From: a virus
Taxonomy: Duplodnaviria; Caudoviricetes
Reading direction: 5' to 3' (one strand)
Length of the DNA stretch: 53,108 bases
Virus record (IMG/VR): IMGVR_UViG_3300008267_006330
Span: 1 to 53,108 of that record
In this document: one piece after another, positions 18,156 through 27,765 of the stretch
Layout: each line of letters starts with the position of its first letter
How positions within the stretch are numbered: position 1 is the stretch's first letter
Position numbers and translations under genes: made by a program
The notes under the pieces: generated by a model
Database searches by the model: none
The model's input: only the letters and a program-made list of their open reading frames with translations
What the model was told of the DNA's origin: nothing

Positions 18156-20812
18156 TCGAAGTCAAATAAGTTAGTAAATGTATTTTCTGTGTTGGTTGCC
18201 GATGCAAGATCCCAGTCCAGCACCCCTAGCAAGTTATCAACCTTGCCATCCACCACAGTAGCCTCCATCTCTCCGTCATCAAATGGCAACTCAGTAAACC
18301 ATGTGGGCAAGCGTTGTTCATCTGTGGGATAGCCAATGCTGGTCCACCCCAGTGCATTTGACTTGAGTTTACACACAATAGTTTTCATACCATCAACAAT
18401 AGCCATTGAGTAGTTGTCGCCATTCATCTTTCGCATGTTGTTCCAGTTGATTGCAGCTCGCACATGCCCTGGCATGTTTGCTTTGCCCAATCGAGTTTCC
18501 TCTGCCAGGTACTTGGTCAAGTTGTTCACACGTTTGGGCGAACCTTTCTCCCAACCTGGACGCTCTTTGAACTCGTATTTGAATTCACGGATACGTTCCA
18601 CAATCTCATCTCGACCTGCACCAGCAAGTAGTTTATTTAGAATTTCTAACAAGAAGTCTTGAATTACTTTGGGGGTATCTGAACGTTTTAAGTCAAGTCC
18701 TGTGGCCTTTGTTTTGCCAATCTTACCTTCTACATCTAGTCTCTTGCCTTCGATGTCAATGGCATTCACAGCGTAACGCTTCTTGGTAATAAACAAGCCA
18801 CGATCCGCCACAGTCTCACGTCCGCACTTGATCAATGATCCCATGTCTCGGGGGCAATGGAAAGCCTGTTCCATGAAGCCAGGGAAACTTTCGTTGACTT
18901 GTTCAGCAAGGCTGTCATACAACTGAATACAAGTTTCTTTTGACCACGCCATCCTGCCTTCCTCAACTTCCTTCTTAAGTACAGGCCATGCGGAGAAGTA
19001 ACAAGAGTCTGTATCTCCATAGATGACAGCTTTCCCAACGTGGTCATACTCACCCGTGATGAGCTCATTGAGATAACCATCCATGTGTCGAGCAATACTT
19101 CGACCAGTAAGGGTTGTTGACTGTCCAATACGCTTGTCAAAGAATCTACAGCCCGGGTTAAGAATAGCCCCGTAGAGACTGTTGAGATTAATCTTTTTAA
19201 CCAGTTGTCGTTTGTCCCAGAATGCAATTTCTTTAGCATCTTTGGCTTCCTTCTTCTTGGCTTGCAAGTCCTTACGCTCCGAATACCAACGCTCTAGCAA
19301 GCCAGGAATGATACCTTTTTTCTCAAATGTAAGGATAGTACCATTGGCAGTAAGGATCCAAGGTTGGTTAGAGTCAAAGATAATGTTCCAAATTTCTGCA
19401 GCTGAGTGTACTGACTCTTTGCCGTTCTCCCAGTCAATGGTGATCTCAGTGCCACGCTCTTGATTCATCACGGCTGTGTATTCCAAGCTGGCAAAGATAC
19501 CTTCCCAGGCCGCCGCAAAACTTTGTCCCTTGGCCATGTTGGCTTTGATCAGTCTATCAGTCATGGTCTGACGCAGTTGACCAACCACAGTTTCTGGACC
19601 CATGTTCATGGCTCGAATCGCACTTGGATATAGGCTGTTGATGTCTACTGATCCAATCCACTCATGAACACCCTTCTTGGGATAGGCCACATAAGCACCT
19701 GCTGCCTGTGTGTCTTCGTCTGTAAGACGTTGCTTGCGATTGGGCACAACCATGCCACGTTCATGTGCTTCGTTGATGATGGCCTGTTCAGTCACGGCCA
19801 CAGCACCCATGGTGGTCTGAAGCAACACAGTATTGGCGTGTGCCAGTTCGTTAGCAAGATCCAAGAAGCGCAGTTTCTTATCCAGTTTGCCGATCAGCAT
19901 GGTGTCTTGGCGGTTGTACTCGATAAATGTTTTAAAGTGTTGGTTGTACAATGAATCCAAGGTGCCTTCAAACTGCGTCTTGCGTTCGCCCAGTTCGTAT
20001 TCACAAATGGCATCTAGGCTATATGAGTGACGTTCTTCATAGGTGTACTTGCGATACAGTTGCATATAGTCCATATGTACACGACCAATCAAGTCATAGG
20101 TTTCGTTCTCAGCACCAAAGCGTTCAAACACTCGCTTCTTGGGCAGTTGCCCCCACAAACAGAATTTGCGTGTGTCGTCTTTGCTTAATACTCGCACACA
20201 TCTGTTCACGGTATACGGAATGTCATAGCCTTCTGAGTTCCAGCCACTCAACACATCTGCATCATCAATTAGATCCAAGAATGTCTTGATCATTTCTGCT
20301 TCGTCGGTAAACAAGATGGTGTTTTCAAAGTCCTTGACCAAGTCTTGTGCAGTTTCCCAACTTAGATGCTTGGGCGGCACAGCCAATGTGACCAGTTGAT
20401 CCAGCCAGTCTAGGTAGACTGAAATTGCAGTAATGGGGTTAAAAGGGTCTGATACAGGTGAGAAGCCGCGATCTTTATCAAATGCCACCTCAATGTCAAA
20501 AAACGCTGTGTGAAGTTCAGGCGCATCTTGATCCTTGTAGTTTTCCTCGAGGCATCTAAAGATTGGATTGATGTCGCTTTCATAAAGCGGCTTATGGCTG
20601 TGAACACGTACTTCCTTGCGGAACTCCTTGTTATTTCTCGTAGAAAATCTTGATACGGATGTGCCATAGATACTTTGGAATTTACCTCTGGGATCATCAT
20701 AGTAGAAAATATAATTTGCTGGATATTCTCTGTACACACGTTCGCCGTTGCGGCGTTCTACTGTGTGAATGCGATCGTGTTCACGATCAAATAGTGCGTC
20801 AATATAACTCAA
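18152..20812 (-). CDS. polB: family B DNA polymerase (gp43-like)
   Basis: Exo FFDIEV, GWNSEGYD; Pol SVDINSLYPS, KKINLNSLYG, YGDTDS, KKRY; TTG start at 20812 after GGAG. Confidence 0.97.
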   Translation of the reverse strand: MSYIDALFDREHDRIHTVERRNGERVYREYPANYIFYYDDPRGKFQSIYGTSVSRFSTRNNKEFRKEVRVHSHKPLYESDINPIFRCLEENYKDQDAPELHTAFFDIEVAFDKDRGFSPVSDPFNPITAISVYLDWLDQLVTLAVPPKHLSWETAQDLVKDFENTILFTDEAEMIKTFLDLIDDADVLSGWNSEGYDIPYTVNRCVRVLSKDDTRKFCLWGQLPKKRVFERFGAENETYDLIGRVHMDYMQLYRKYTYEERHSYSLDAICEYELGERKTQFEGTLDSLYNQHFKTFIEYNRQDTMLIGKLDKKLRFLDLANELAHANTVLLQTTMGAVAVTEQAIINEAHERGMVVPNRKQRLTDEDTQAAGAYVAYPKKGVHEWIGSVDINSLYPSAIRAMNMGPETVVGQLRQTMTDRLIKANMAKGQSFAAAWEGIFASLEYTAVMNQERGTEITIDWENGKESVHSAAEIWNIIFDSNQPWILTANGTILTFEKKGIIPGLLERWYSERKDLQAKKKEAKDAKEIAFWDKRQLVKKINLNSLYGAILNPGCRFFDKRIGQSTTLTGRSIARHMDGYLNELITGEYDHVGKAVIYGDTDSCYFSAWPVLKKEVEEGRMAWSKETCIQLYDSLAEQVNESFPGFMEQAFHCPRDMGSLIKCGRETVADRGLFITKKRYAVNAIDIEGKRLDVEGKIGKTKATGLDLKRSDTPKVIQDFLLEILNKLLAGAGRDEIVERIREFKYEFKERPGWEKGSPKRVNNLTKYLAEETRLGKANMPGHVRAAINWNNMRKMNGDNYSMAIVDGMKTIVCKLKSNALGWTSIGYPTDEQRLPTWFTELPFDDGEMEATVVDGKVDNLLGVLDWDLASATNTENTFTNLFDFE

Positions 20813-20872
20813 TTTTTCTCCACTTGTGGCTGGTAGGCCATGATACATGCTCGTAGCGTGAGCGACTCGTTG

Positions 20873-21970
20873 TTACTTATCAGTGTTGGCAAAGTAATCG
20901 TTAATTTTACCATTGCGATTCAAATCGTTTGTGATACAGTGAATTCCTGCGTCCCAAAAGTATCTATGCCTAAACGGACTAACGTGTACTTCAATGCCGT
21001 GCCGTGCGCAGGCTTGTTCGACTTGGTCATTGTGCGAACTGACAACAATGTTCTTTTGGTCAATCACAAGGATGTTGACATCAAACACAGTTTCACTAAC
21101 ATCACCAACCCAGTCTTCAAAATAGTATTCTACTGTGTTGATGAGATTTTGATCTTGTTCAAAGCCAGGAATGTGCCAACGCCCACGATTGATTCTCATG
21201 CTGGCTTGAAACTCTCGCATGTGTTCGTATTTGCTTGGGGGCAAATACACCACTTCCCAGTCAGGGAATGTATCTGCGTATGTGGGAATGTCACGTAGAC
21301 TGATAATCAAGCCAGGAGTAACTGGACAATATGTAGCATCTCCATGGCCACCTGCATTCACAATCTTGTTGCGTGTGGAGGGAAAATGTGTGTTCACAGT
21401 TTGCAACAAGCGATCTTGATCTTCGCTGTATTCCTGTGTGGCAAAATACAAATTTTTACCAATGCGACTTACAAAGCAACCGTTTACAAAATCCAAATCT
21501 GTTTCTTGTACTATGTTACCTTGATCACGAACATGCTGAAAAATGTCAGTATAACAATTCAACCTGGCATCAAGTTGTGCCTGATCCTGCCGATCAAATT
21601 CTTCACGGGTCAACGCACTTTGTCTTGCAAATGCACGATCAGCATGAATTTTGTTGGGTACCGTGGGCACCCATAACTTGTCCTGGATCATGATAAAATA
21701 ATCTCTGGGACAAACTGGAGGTTGCATCCAACGTCCATGTACTTTCAACGAGCTGAGATCCACAGGTAGTTGAGGCCGCAACACCTGGATACCGAACTTG
21801 CCTTGTAATAAACTAATAAGGGCTTGATAATCTTGTTCAGTTTCTTCGGCCAATTGCTCAAAGCGTTGGCGTGTGTTGCGATCTTGGATCCAATAATAAA
21901 ATTCCGGCGGGTAGCTCGTACCTATGACGCATACCTTTAACGGATCCCAGTGTTGAAAAACAGAATACAT
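20873..21970 (-). CDS. amidinotransferase (pentein superfamily)
   Basis: WDPLK start, PRD, GHGD and terminal GIHCIT catalytic Cys motif. Confidence 0.75.
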   Translation of the reverse strand: MYSVFQHWDPLKVCVIGTSYPPEFYYWIQDRNTRQRFEQLAEETEQDYQALISLLQGKFGIQVLRPQLPVDLSSLKVHGRWMQPPVCPRDYFIMIQDKLWVPTVPNKIHADRAFARQSALTREEFDRQDQAQLDARLNCYTDIFQHVRDQGNIVQETDLDFVNGCFVSRIGKNLYFATQEYSEDQDRLLQTVNTHFPSTRNKIVNAGGHGDATYCPVTPGLIISLRDIPTYADTFPDWEVVYLPPSKYEHMREFQASMRINRGRWHIPGFEQDQNLINTVEYYFEDWVGDVSETVFDVNILVIDQKNIVVSSHNDQVEQACARHGIEVHVSPFRHRYFWDAGIHCITNDLNRNGKINDYFANTDK

Positions 21971-22230
21971 TACAGTGTTTTGCCTACAGTTTCCAAAATA
22001 GTTTCAAGTGTTTCGTGGTCTTGTTTTTCTTTACCAAACTCAGCCTTGTGTGCCAACTTGATGGCCTTCTTCAAAATAGCAGGTTTAACTTCAAGTTCTT
22101 CGGCCACTGCTTTGATGGTGTCATTGAGTCCACCTTGTAGCGTATCAATTTCGTGCATGACCTGCATGCCTTCGTTGATGATTTGGGTAAGTTTGATCTT
22201 TTGATCGCCGTTGAATGTTTTTGCCGACAT
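21970..22230 (-). CDS. small helical dsDNA-binding protein (T4 DsbA/GapR-like)
   Basis: 86 aa coiled-coil/helical pattern; strong promoter and AGGAG RBS. Confidence 0.55.
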   Translation of the reverse strand: MSAKTFNGDQKIKLTQIINEGMQVMHEIDTLQGGLNDTIKAVAEELEVKPAILKKAIKLAHKAEFGKEKQDHETLETILETVGKTL

Positions 22231-22234
22231 AGAA

Positions 22235-22277
22235 ATCTCCTAAAGTGTTATTATAACAGATATTTAGGAGATGTCAA
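22235..22277 (-). promoter_or_regulatory. sigma70 promoter overlapped by a 10-bp inverted repeat that covers the RBS
   Basis: TTGACA-16-TATAAT (TGn extended); ATCTCCTAAA 22235-22244 / TTTAGGAGAT 22263-22272. Confidence 0.75.
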
Positions 22278-22285
22278 GGTGTATA

Positions 22286-22360
22286 TGCTCGTTTTGGGTC
22301 GCCAGGTAGCGAATCTATTGACCCAGGCAGAAGCCGCCCACTCGGTCCTAAGGCTGAGTT
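22286..22360 (-). ncRNA. candidate structured intergenic RNA (three hairpins)
   Basis: ACUC/GAGU, GGCGG/CUGCC and GGGUC/GACCC stems in a GC-rich spacer. Confidence 0.4.
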
Positions 22361-25253
22361 AGTGGGCCGCTTTCCGGCTGTGTTCTCTACGACGTTGTGC
22401 GCCAACTTGTGTCACATGTTCAAGTATCTGGTTGCGAATAGCAAATGCTGATTCGTTTACAGCACCGTACTTGGTAAATGTTTGATCAACAAATTGTTTG
22501 ATGCGAGCAACGTCTTCTTTGGTCTCAACCATTTGCAACATTTCTGCTACTGGTTTTGCTGTGGCCTGTGCAATACGTTGGGCTAGTTTTGCCTGTTCGT
22601 CTGGTGTTGGGCCACCTGTGGTTACTTTGGTACCAGCAGGAGCTGCTGTGGGCGCGGGTGCAGGAGTAGTTTTCATACCTGGGACACCAGTCATAGGCTT
22701 GACGCTCATAGTAGTTTTGCCATACCCTGTGGGACCACCTGCAAAGTTAGCTGTCTTTGCAGGAGTAGATTTAGCATACTTTTCCATGCCAGGCATCTTG
22801 AAGACATTACCAGCGTTGAATCCTGCAGGACTACCAGCAGGAGTGTTAGTAGCTGTTGGTGCAGGTGCTGTGTTTGTTGCTGTGGTATCAGTTGCCGCGG
22901 TGGCTTGGGCATTGCGTTCAGCTCGTCTAGCTTCAAGATCGTCCACGGTCCAGCGTTGACCTGTCTTGGGATTGATATTGTTAAATGGCATCAATCGTTG
23001 TGCGCCACCAGTACGGGCCTGCGGCTCAGCTTTGGTAGGATCAGTTGGTGTGGTTGGTTCAGCAGAGACTGGCAGTCCCATCTTTTCGTACACGCCGTTT
23101 ACAACGCCGATTGGCACCCCTTGCTTGACCAACCAAGCAGACAGTTGGTCTGAATCACTGGGCTTGCCGGCCTGGTGCCAGTTCATCTTGAGCTTTTCTT
23201 TGGTCACATTGGTAGTAAGCTGATGCCCAAGGTTGCCTATGACACTGCCAACTTTTTTAACTCCCTTGTCCAAGTAGTCAAGTCCTTTGCCAAACCAGCT
23301 CTTTTTAGCAGGATCTGCGGGGGTGTATGGTGCGTCAGGTGCATCAGGGCGATAAAGATCGGGCAGTTCTTCACGACCAGGTCCTGTTGGTGTAGTGTTA
23401 ACAGGTGCAGTAGGTGCAGTTGGCTTTATGCGTGGCACAGTAATAGTTCCTGGATCACCAGGTTTGAGGTTTCGAGGATCGTCTGGTTTAGTTGACAAGT
23501 CCCAAGGAGCATCAGCTTCTACTGCCGCTTCTCCAACTCTGCGAATGTTTTCAAAAACTGTGTAAACACCCAATGGTGTCAATGTTGTGAGCTTTTGATC
23601 GATCAGTTTGTCCACAGGCAGTTGACGCATTTTAACTGTGCGTGTAAATTCTGTTGCTTCTCGCACTGCACCCACCATGGCGGCCTTGGCTTTCATGGTA
23701 GCAATCTGTTGTGCCGCCTGAATTGCTCTGGCACTGGGCTCAGCACCGTACCTGGCAATTTCTTGTGCATAGATCTGTTGATACACAGGGCTGTTGTAAA
23801 TTTGTTGTGCAGTCACACCGCCGAGTGTGCCAGCGCCGCTGGTTGTGCCAGCGACCGCGTCGGCTGGGAATTTTGGAAAGTAAGCCACACCGTTGTGAAC
23901 GTAGCCTGTGACTTCTTGTCCACCGTAAGGAATCTTGATCATTTCTCCACCAACTGGAAGTCTTGGTTGAAATTGACCACCCTGCGGGAACACTGATGCT
24001 TTGATAGTTTCGCCAGATGGTAATGTTACTGTACCTGAATTTGTGGCTGGATCAAATGACAGTGGACTACTTGTTGATGCACCTGCCGCACCACCAACGC
24101 CGCCCATGTCAGCATCCATGGCCGCAAATTCTTTGTCAAACGCCGCCTGACTAAACACATTGTCCGCCGGCGCAGGTCCAGGTGCACCAGGACCGCCTAG
24201 CAATTCTGGACCTTGTGGAGTAGGCGTACTACCTTGCCACACTGATCCAGTGTTGGGACCACTTGGTGGCAATTGTAGTTCTGTACCAGGGGGTAGTTTG
24301 TTCCAGTTTGTAATTTGTGGGTTCATTGCTTCAAGGTCTTTGAACGGAACTCCTTGCGCTTGAGCAATAAACCCGCCTTGATCGCCAGGCATTACAGTGT
24401 ATGTACCACCATCTACAGGAACGCTGGCACCAGAAGTACCTCCGCCTGCACCTTGATAAACTTGATCTGCTGCGTCAAGACTGCCGGCACTGGCATCACT
24501 TGGTGCTGGTTGGCTACCAAATGCGCTGGCAATTTTTGATGCAGCCCAGGCAGTGGCAGCCGCTCCACCGGCCTTGAGTGCAATATCTGAAAACTTCTCG
24601 CCCTTGACGGCCGCATCCAACCCATAGATCAAAGCAGCCACGGCTGGCAAACCAGCGCCGCCAGTGGCTAAACCAGTGATAGCTACCAATGCACCCTTAG
24701 CTAGACCAGCTGTTTTAGGATATTCTTTGGCCAGCATGCGATATTTGTTAATGGCCTGCATGACAATGCCTTTTTGGCCACCAGTAAGATCAGCCAGCGC
24801 ATCTGTGGCTTTGTCATAGGCCACATCAACTAAAGAAACAGGAGTAGAACTTTGGATGCCGCTCCAGACACCTTTTAGTGCATCAGCCACACCGCCTGCA
24901 AAATCCATGGTGGTATCTTTGCCACGACCCAGGAATGTACGATTGGCACCTATAACTTTAAAGTTGCGATACACTGGATCTTCCAGAAGCATGGCTTCGT
25001 CCAACTTGCTTTGTTTACCCTTTTTGGCACGGTATTCGTCTTGTGCCTTCTTAACACGTGCCTGGTCGGCACGTAGTCTACGTTGATCTGGATCCATGGA
25101 GTCAGGATCATCTGGATGGCGTCTTGGAATAGGACCACCCGATGGCTTTGGCCGGCGTGGTATGTCACCTGGACGGTCATAATCAATACCTGGCAGGTCG
25201 TATGGGCCACCTTCTTGGAGGGGCTTGGACATGAATAATTGATCTACTATCAT
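22359..25253 (-). CDS. large modular protein with hydrophobic hairpin and LysM domain; probable virion internal/ejection polyprotein
   Basis: LysM YTVMPGD...NPQI...PGTELQLP at about 24265-24405; Ala/Gly hydrophobic segment; Pro/Thr/Ala linkers; many phi-x-E sites. Confidence 0.65.
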   Translation of the reverse strand: MIVDQLFMSKPLQEGGPYDLPGIDYDRPGDIPRRPKPSGGPIPRRHPDDPDSMDPDQRRLRADQARVKKAQDEYRAKKGKQSKLDEAMLLEDPVYRNFKVIGANRTFLGRGKDTTMDFAGGVADALKGVWSGIQSSTPVSLVDVAYDKATDALADLTGGQKGIVMQAINKYRMLAKEYPKTAGLAKGALVAITGLATGGAGLPAVAALIYGLDAAVKGEKFSDIALKAGGAAATAWAASKIASAFGSQPAPSDASAGSLDAADQVYQGAGGGTSGASVPVDGGTYTVMPGDQGGFIAQAQGVPFKDLEAMNPQITNWNKLPPGTELQLPPSGPNTGSVWQGSTPTPQGPELLGGPGAPGPAPADNVFSQAAFDKEFAAMDADMGGVGGAAGASTSSPLSFDPATNSGTVTLPSGETIKASVFPQGGQFQPRLPVGGEMIKIPYGGQEVTGYVHNGVAYFPKFPADAVAGTTSGAGTLGGVTAQQIYNSPVYQQIYAQEIARYGAEPSARAIQAAQQIATMKAKAAMVGAVREATEFTRTVKMRQLPVDKLIDQKLTTLTPLGVYTVFENIRRVGEAAVEADAPWDLSTKPDDPRNLKPGDPGTITVPRIKPTAPTAPVNTTPTGPGREELPDLYRPDAPDAPYTPADPAKKSWFGKGLDYLDKGVKKVGSVIGNLGHQLTTNVTKEKLKMNWHQAGKPSDSDQLSAWLVKQGVPIGVVNGVYEKMGLPVSAEPTTPTDPTKAEPQARTGGAQRLMPFNNINPKTGQRWTVDDLEARRAERNAQATAATDTTATNTAPAPTATNTPAGSPAGFNAGNVFKMPGMEKYAKSTPAKTANFAGGPTGYGKTTMSVKPMTGVPGMKTTPAPAPTAAPAGTKVTTGGPTPDEQAKLAQRIAQATAKPVAEMLQMVETKEDVARIKQFVDQTFTKYGAVNESAFAIRNQILEHVTQVGAQRRREHSRKAAH

Positions 25254-25254
25254 A

Positions 25255-25828
25255 TTACTTCTCTTCTATATAATCTTGGGACTGGTCCTGTCGCTGTCTA
25301 CGCTTTTGAAACAGTTTCACTGCCATGTCAGCATGGTCAATGCGGGGAAAACGTGTGGGTAATCGACGCTCGCCATGACGAACTTCGTAACCAGATTCAT
25401 CATCACCCCAGCACTCCAGGCATGTGCCATCTTCTAGGGTATATGTTCTTGCAGGTGATTCACTCACAGCCGACGTCGATGTTTAGTTCTGCTTTGGCTT
25501 TGCGTACCAAACGACTGTCAAGGTGATTTTCTTTTTCTAACTTTTCCAAGTAGTCAGCAAATTGACCCTTCACACGACTGATCATGTCTTCTTCAACTTC
25601 TTGCATGGCTTCAGCAAGAGCATTTTCTCCTACCATGTAACCATCTAAGGGGTGTGCCTGATAGGGTTTCTTTGTTAGTGTAGGGGAGATGTTGCGCGGT
25701 TTCAACAAAGCAGGCAACTGAGGCACACCCTGTTGCTGTTTGTTCAAGCCGTGTTTGACATTGACAGGAGTGGTCTTACCCTCAATCAATGCCAGTCGTT
25801 CAATAATGCCATAGATTGGATCACTCAT
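25255..25828 (-). pseudogene. probable single hypothetical gene split by a frameshift near 25474
   Basis: ORF 25460-25828 ends abruptly (NIDVGCE); ORF 25255-25467 has no RBS and is open across the junction. Confidence 0.5.
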
Positions 25829-26268
25829 GCTCTAGCGTCTTTCAAGAAACTTCTCAACATCCAGCCATGCTTGCCGTGTGCATCAATGCGTTCAGCAACA
25901 AAGTTAGCAATGCCTTCTTGTTTTTCACTTTGTGCAATTTCAAAGGTTTTGTTGAGTAAGTCTATCATCTGATCATTGTTGGCCAATAATTCTTCTATCA
26001 TGAGTCGGGCACGTGGAATTTTAGTTTGTCCCGAGATAATTGACAGTTCTTGAAAACGTTCAAAACTGCCAGGTGTGTAATCTTCTAATGTGCGGATATA
26101 CTCTGCTGTGCGGTCAATGGAATTAGCGTAGACTTCTTCGTAGATGTTGCCAAAAAATTCATGTAGTTGAGCAAAGTCAGGACCCTCCACGTTCCAGTGA
26201 AATAGCTGGGCTTTGATTACGAATGCGTATTCAGTTGCCAGGAGAGTTTTTAAAGCGTCCGCGAGCAT
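25825..26268 (-). CDS. dps: Dps / ferritin-like DNA-protection protein
   Basis: FHWNVEGPDFAQLHEFF, DRTAEYIR, HGWML; AAGGA RBS. Confidence 0.9.
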   Translation of the reverse strand: MLADALKTLLATEYAFVIKAQLFHWNVEGPDFAQLHEFFGNIYEEVYANSIDRTAEYIRTLEDYTPGSFERFQELSIISGQTKIPRARLMIEELLANNDQMIDLLNKTFEIAQSEKQEGIANFVAERIDAHGKHGWMLRSFLKDARA

Positions 26269-26431
26269 GTTTATTCCTTTTGTATTCCTTGGGCGTGTTA
26301 GGCGTAGGATCAGTTGTATATTTACCACTTAACAGTGATCCGCCTGATCTTGACACGGTGCCCATGGCCATGCTTACCGGGGCTATACCGCCGGCTGTGG
26401 TGGTTTCTGTGATGAATTCTTGAGCTCTCAT
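26231..26431 (-). CDS. small protein with capsid-targeting-like N-terminus
   Basis: MRAQEFITE start; coupled to upstream stop. Confidence 0.6.
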   Translation of the reverse strand: MRAQEFITETTTAGGIAPVSMAMGTVSRSGGSLLSGKYTTDPTPNTPKEYKRNKHARGRFKNSPGN

Positions 26432-26733
26432 TAGGCTTTTTCCGGAGTATATATTTGCACACGACCTTCGCGATCAATAATAGCCGGTCCGGTGTCCACA
26501 CGCAGATTATGAACTTTGATTCTAGCATGTTCAGGCTCGACCAGTTCGTATCTTATGGTATAGTGCCCTGGGCCAGCCTGAATTGGAATATACTCTTCAA
26601 GATATTGTTCGCGCCAGATCCATGAGCGTTCTGTGAACAATTCGTCATTCACATAGCATCTATAACGTGGAGGATCGCCTTGTTTCCACTTGACATATAC
26701 ATCACACACCGCCATAACAAATTCAGTTTGCAT
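26431..26733 (-). CDS. hypothetical late protein
   Basis: ATG 5 nt after TAAATA (26739-26744). Confidence 0.65.
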   Translation of the reverse strand: MQTEFVMAVCDVYVKWKQGDPPRYRCYVNDELFTERSWIWREQYLEEYIPIQAGPGHYTIRYELVEPEHARIKVHNLRVDTGPAIIDREGRVQIYTPEKA

Positions 26734-26738
26734 AAAGA

Positions 26739-26766
26739 TATTTATCAAAAACTACGCCTATAAATA
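26739..26766. promoter_or_regulatory. back-to-back late promoters
   Basis: TAAATA on minus (26739-26744) and TATAAATA on plus (26759-26766), each 5 nt before an ATG. Confidence 0.7.
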
Positions 26767-26771
26767 TCAGC

Positions 26772-27758
26772 ATGCTGAAACTTCAACACATACAATCGGT
26801 GCATGTGGAACTTACCACACGATGCAATGCCCGATGTCCCATGTGCATGCGCAACTATCGCGGCAGTGATTTTAATTCTGGCTACCCAGATGCAGAACTG
26901 TTGTTGGAACACATAAAACATATATTGACTCCAGAAGTATTAGAGCAGGTTGAACATGTGAATTTCAATGGTAATCTTGGGGATTTTGGTCTAGCGCGAG
27001 ACGCAGCAGAAATTGTTGAATATCTAGTGGTCAACCGCACAGGAGTTTCAATCAACACCAATGGCAGCATGCGATCCAAGTCCTGGTGGAGGCGCCTGGC
27101 TTTACCAAATGTCACTATTGGATTTGCTCTAGACGGCCTGTCGGATACTCACAATTTATATAGACAAGACACTGATTGGAATCGTGTGATTGAAAATGCC
27201 ACTGCATTTATAGCCGCAGGTGGCCGGGCGATTTGGCGCTTTGTACCTTTTGATCACAATCGGCATCAAGAAGCAGAATGTCGAAGGCTGGCTAAAGAAA
27301 TGGGATTTATTGATTTTGAAAACATCTATGATGGCAGAGATTCAGGCCCAGTATACACACGTACTGGAGAGTTTAGTCACTGGCTTGGTCCTGTGGGCGA
27401 TCCTCCGCCCATCAAAGATATGTTGCAAAGCCATATCACTTGGTATGACAGCAAGACTGTAAAGATATCTAAAGATACTGCCACTCTCAACTTGCGTTGC
27501 CGTCACAAAATGGCCAAAGAAATATATCTTGCCGCAGATGGAACTGTGTATCCATGTTGTTACTTGGGGTTCTACCCGCACAGCATGAATCATCCTGGCA
27601 ACCAAGAACTTGCTCAGTTGGTTGCTGAAAACAACGCACTTGAATATCCACTTGAACATTGTTTAGACTGGTTTGACCGTGTAGAACAATCCTGGAGCCA
27701 GGCCAGTATACGTGATGGTAGAACATTTCAATGCGTGAATACATGCAATCAAACATAA
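26772..27758 (+). CDS. radical SAM protein with SPASM/twitch domain
   Basis: CNARCPMC, NTNGS, DGTVYPCCY, terminal CVNTC. Confidence 0.9.
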   Translation: MLKLQHIQSVHVELTTRCNARCPMCMRNYRGSDFNSGYPDAELLLEHIKHILTPEVLEQVEHVNFNGNLGDFGLARDAAEIVEYLVVNRTGVSINTNGSMRSKSWWRRLALPNVTIGFALDGLSDTHNLYRQDTDWNRVIENATAFIAAGGRAIWRFVPFDHNRHQEAECRRLAKEMGFIDFENIYDGRDSGPVYTRTGEFSHWLGPVGDPPPIKDMLQSHITWYDSKTVKISKDTATLNLRCRHKMAKEIYLAADGTVYPCCYLGFYPHSMNHPGNQELAQLVAENNALEYPLEHCLDWFDRVEQSWSQASIRDGRTFQCVNTCNQT

Positions 27759-27765
27759 GGACTTT

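Noticed and set aside
18152-20812. Intein or intron in the DNA polymerase
   Set aside because: Motifs are normally spaced in a continuous ORF of about 886 aa
22600-24500. Pro/Ala/Thr/Gly-rich stretches as DNA tandem repeats
   Set aside because: Low-complexity protein linkers with no exact nucleotide periodicity
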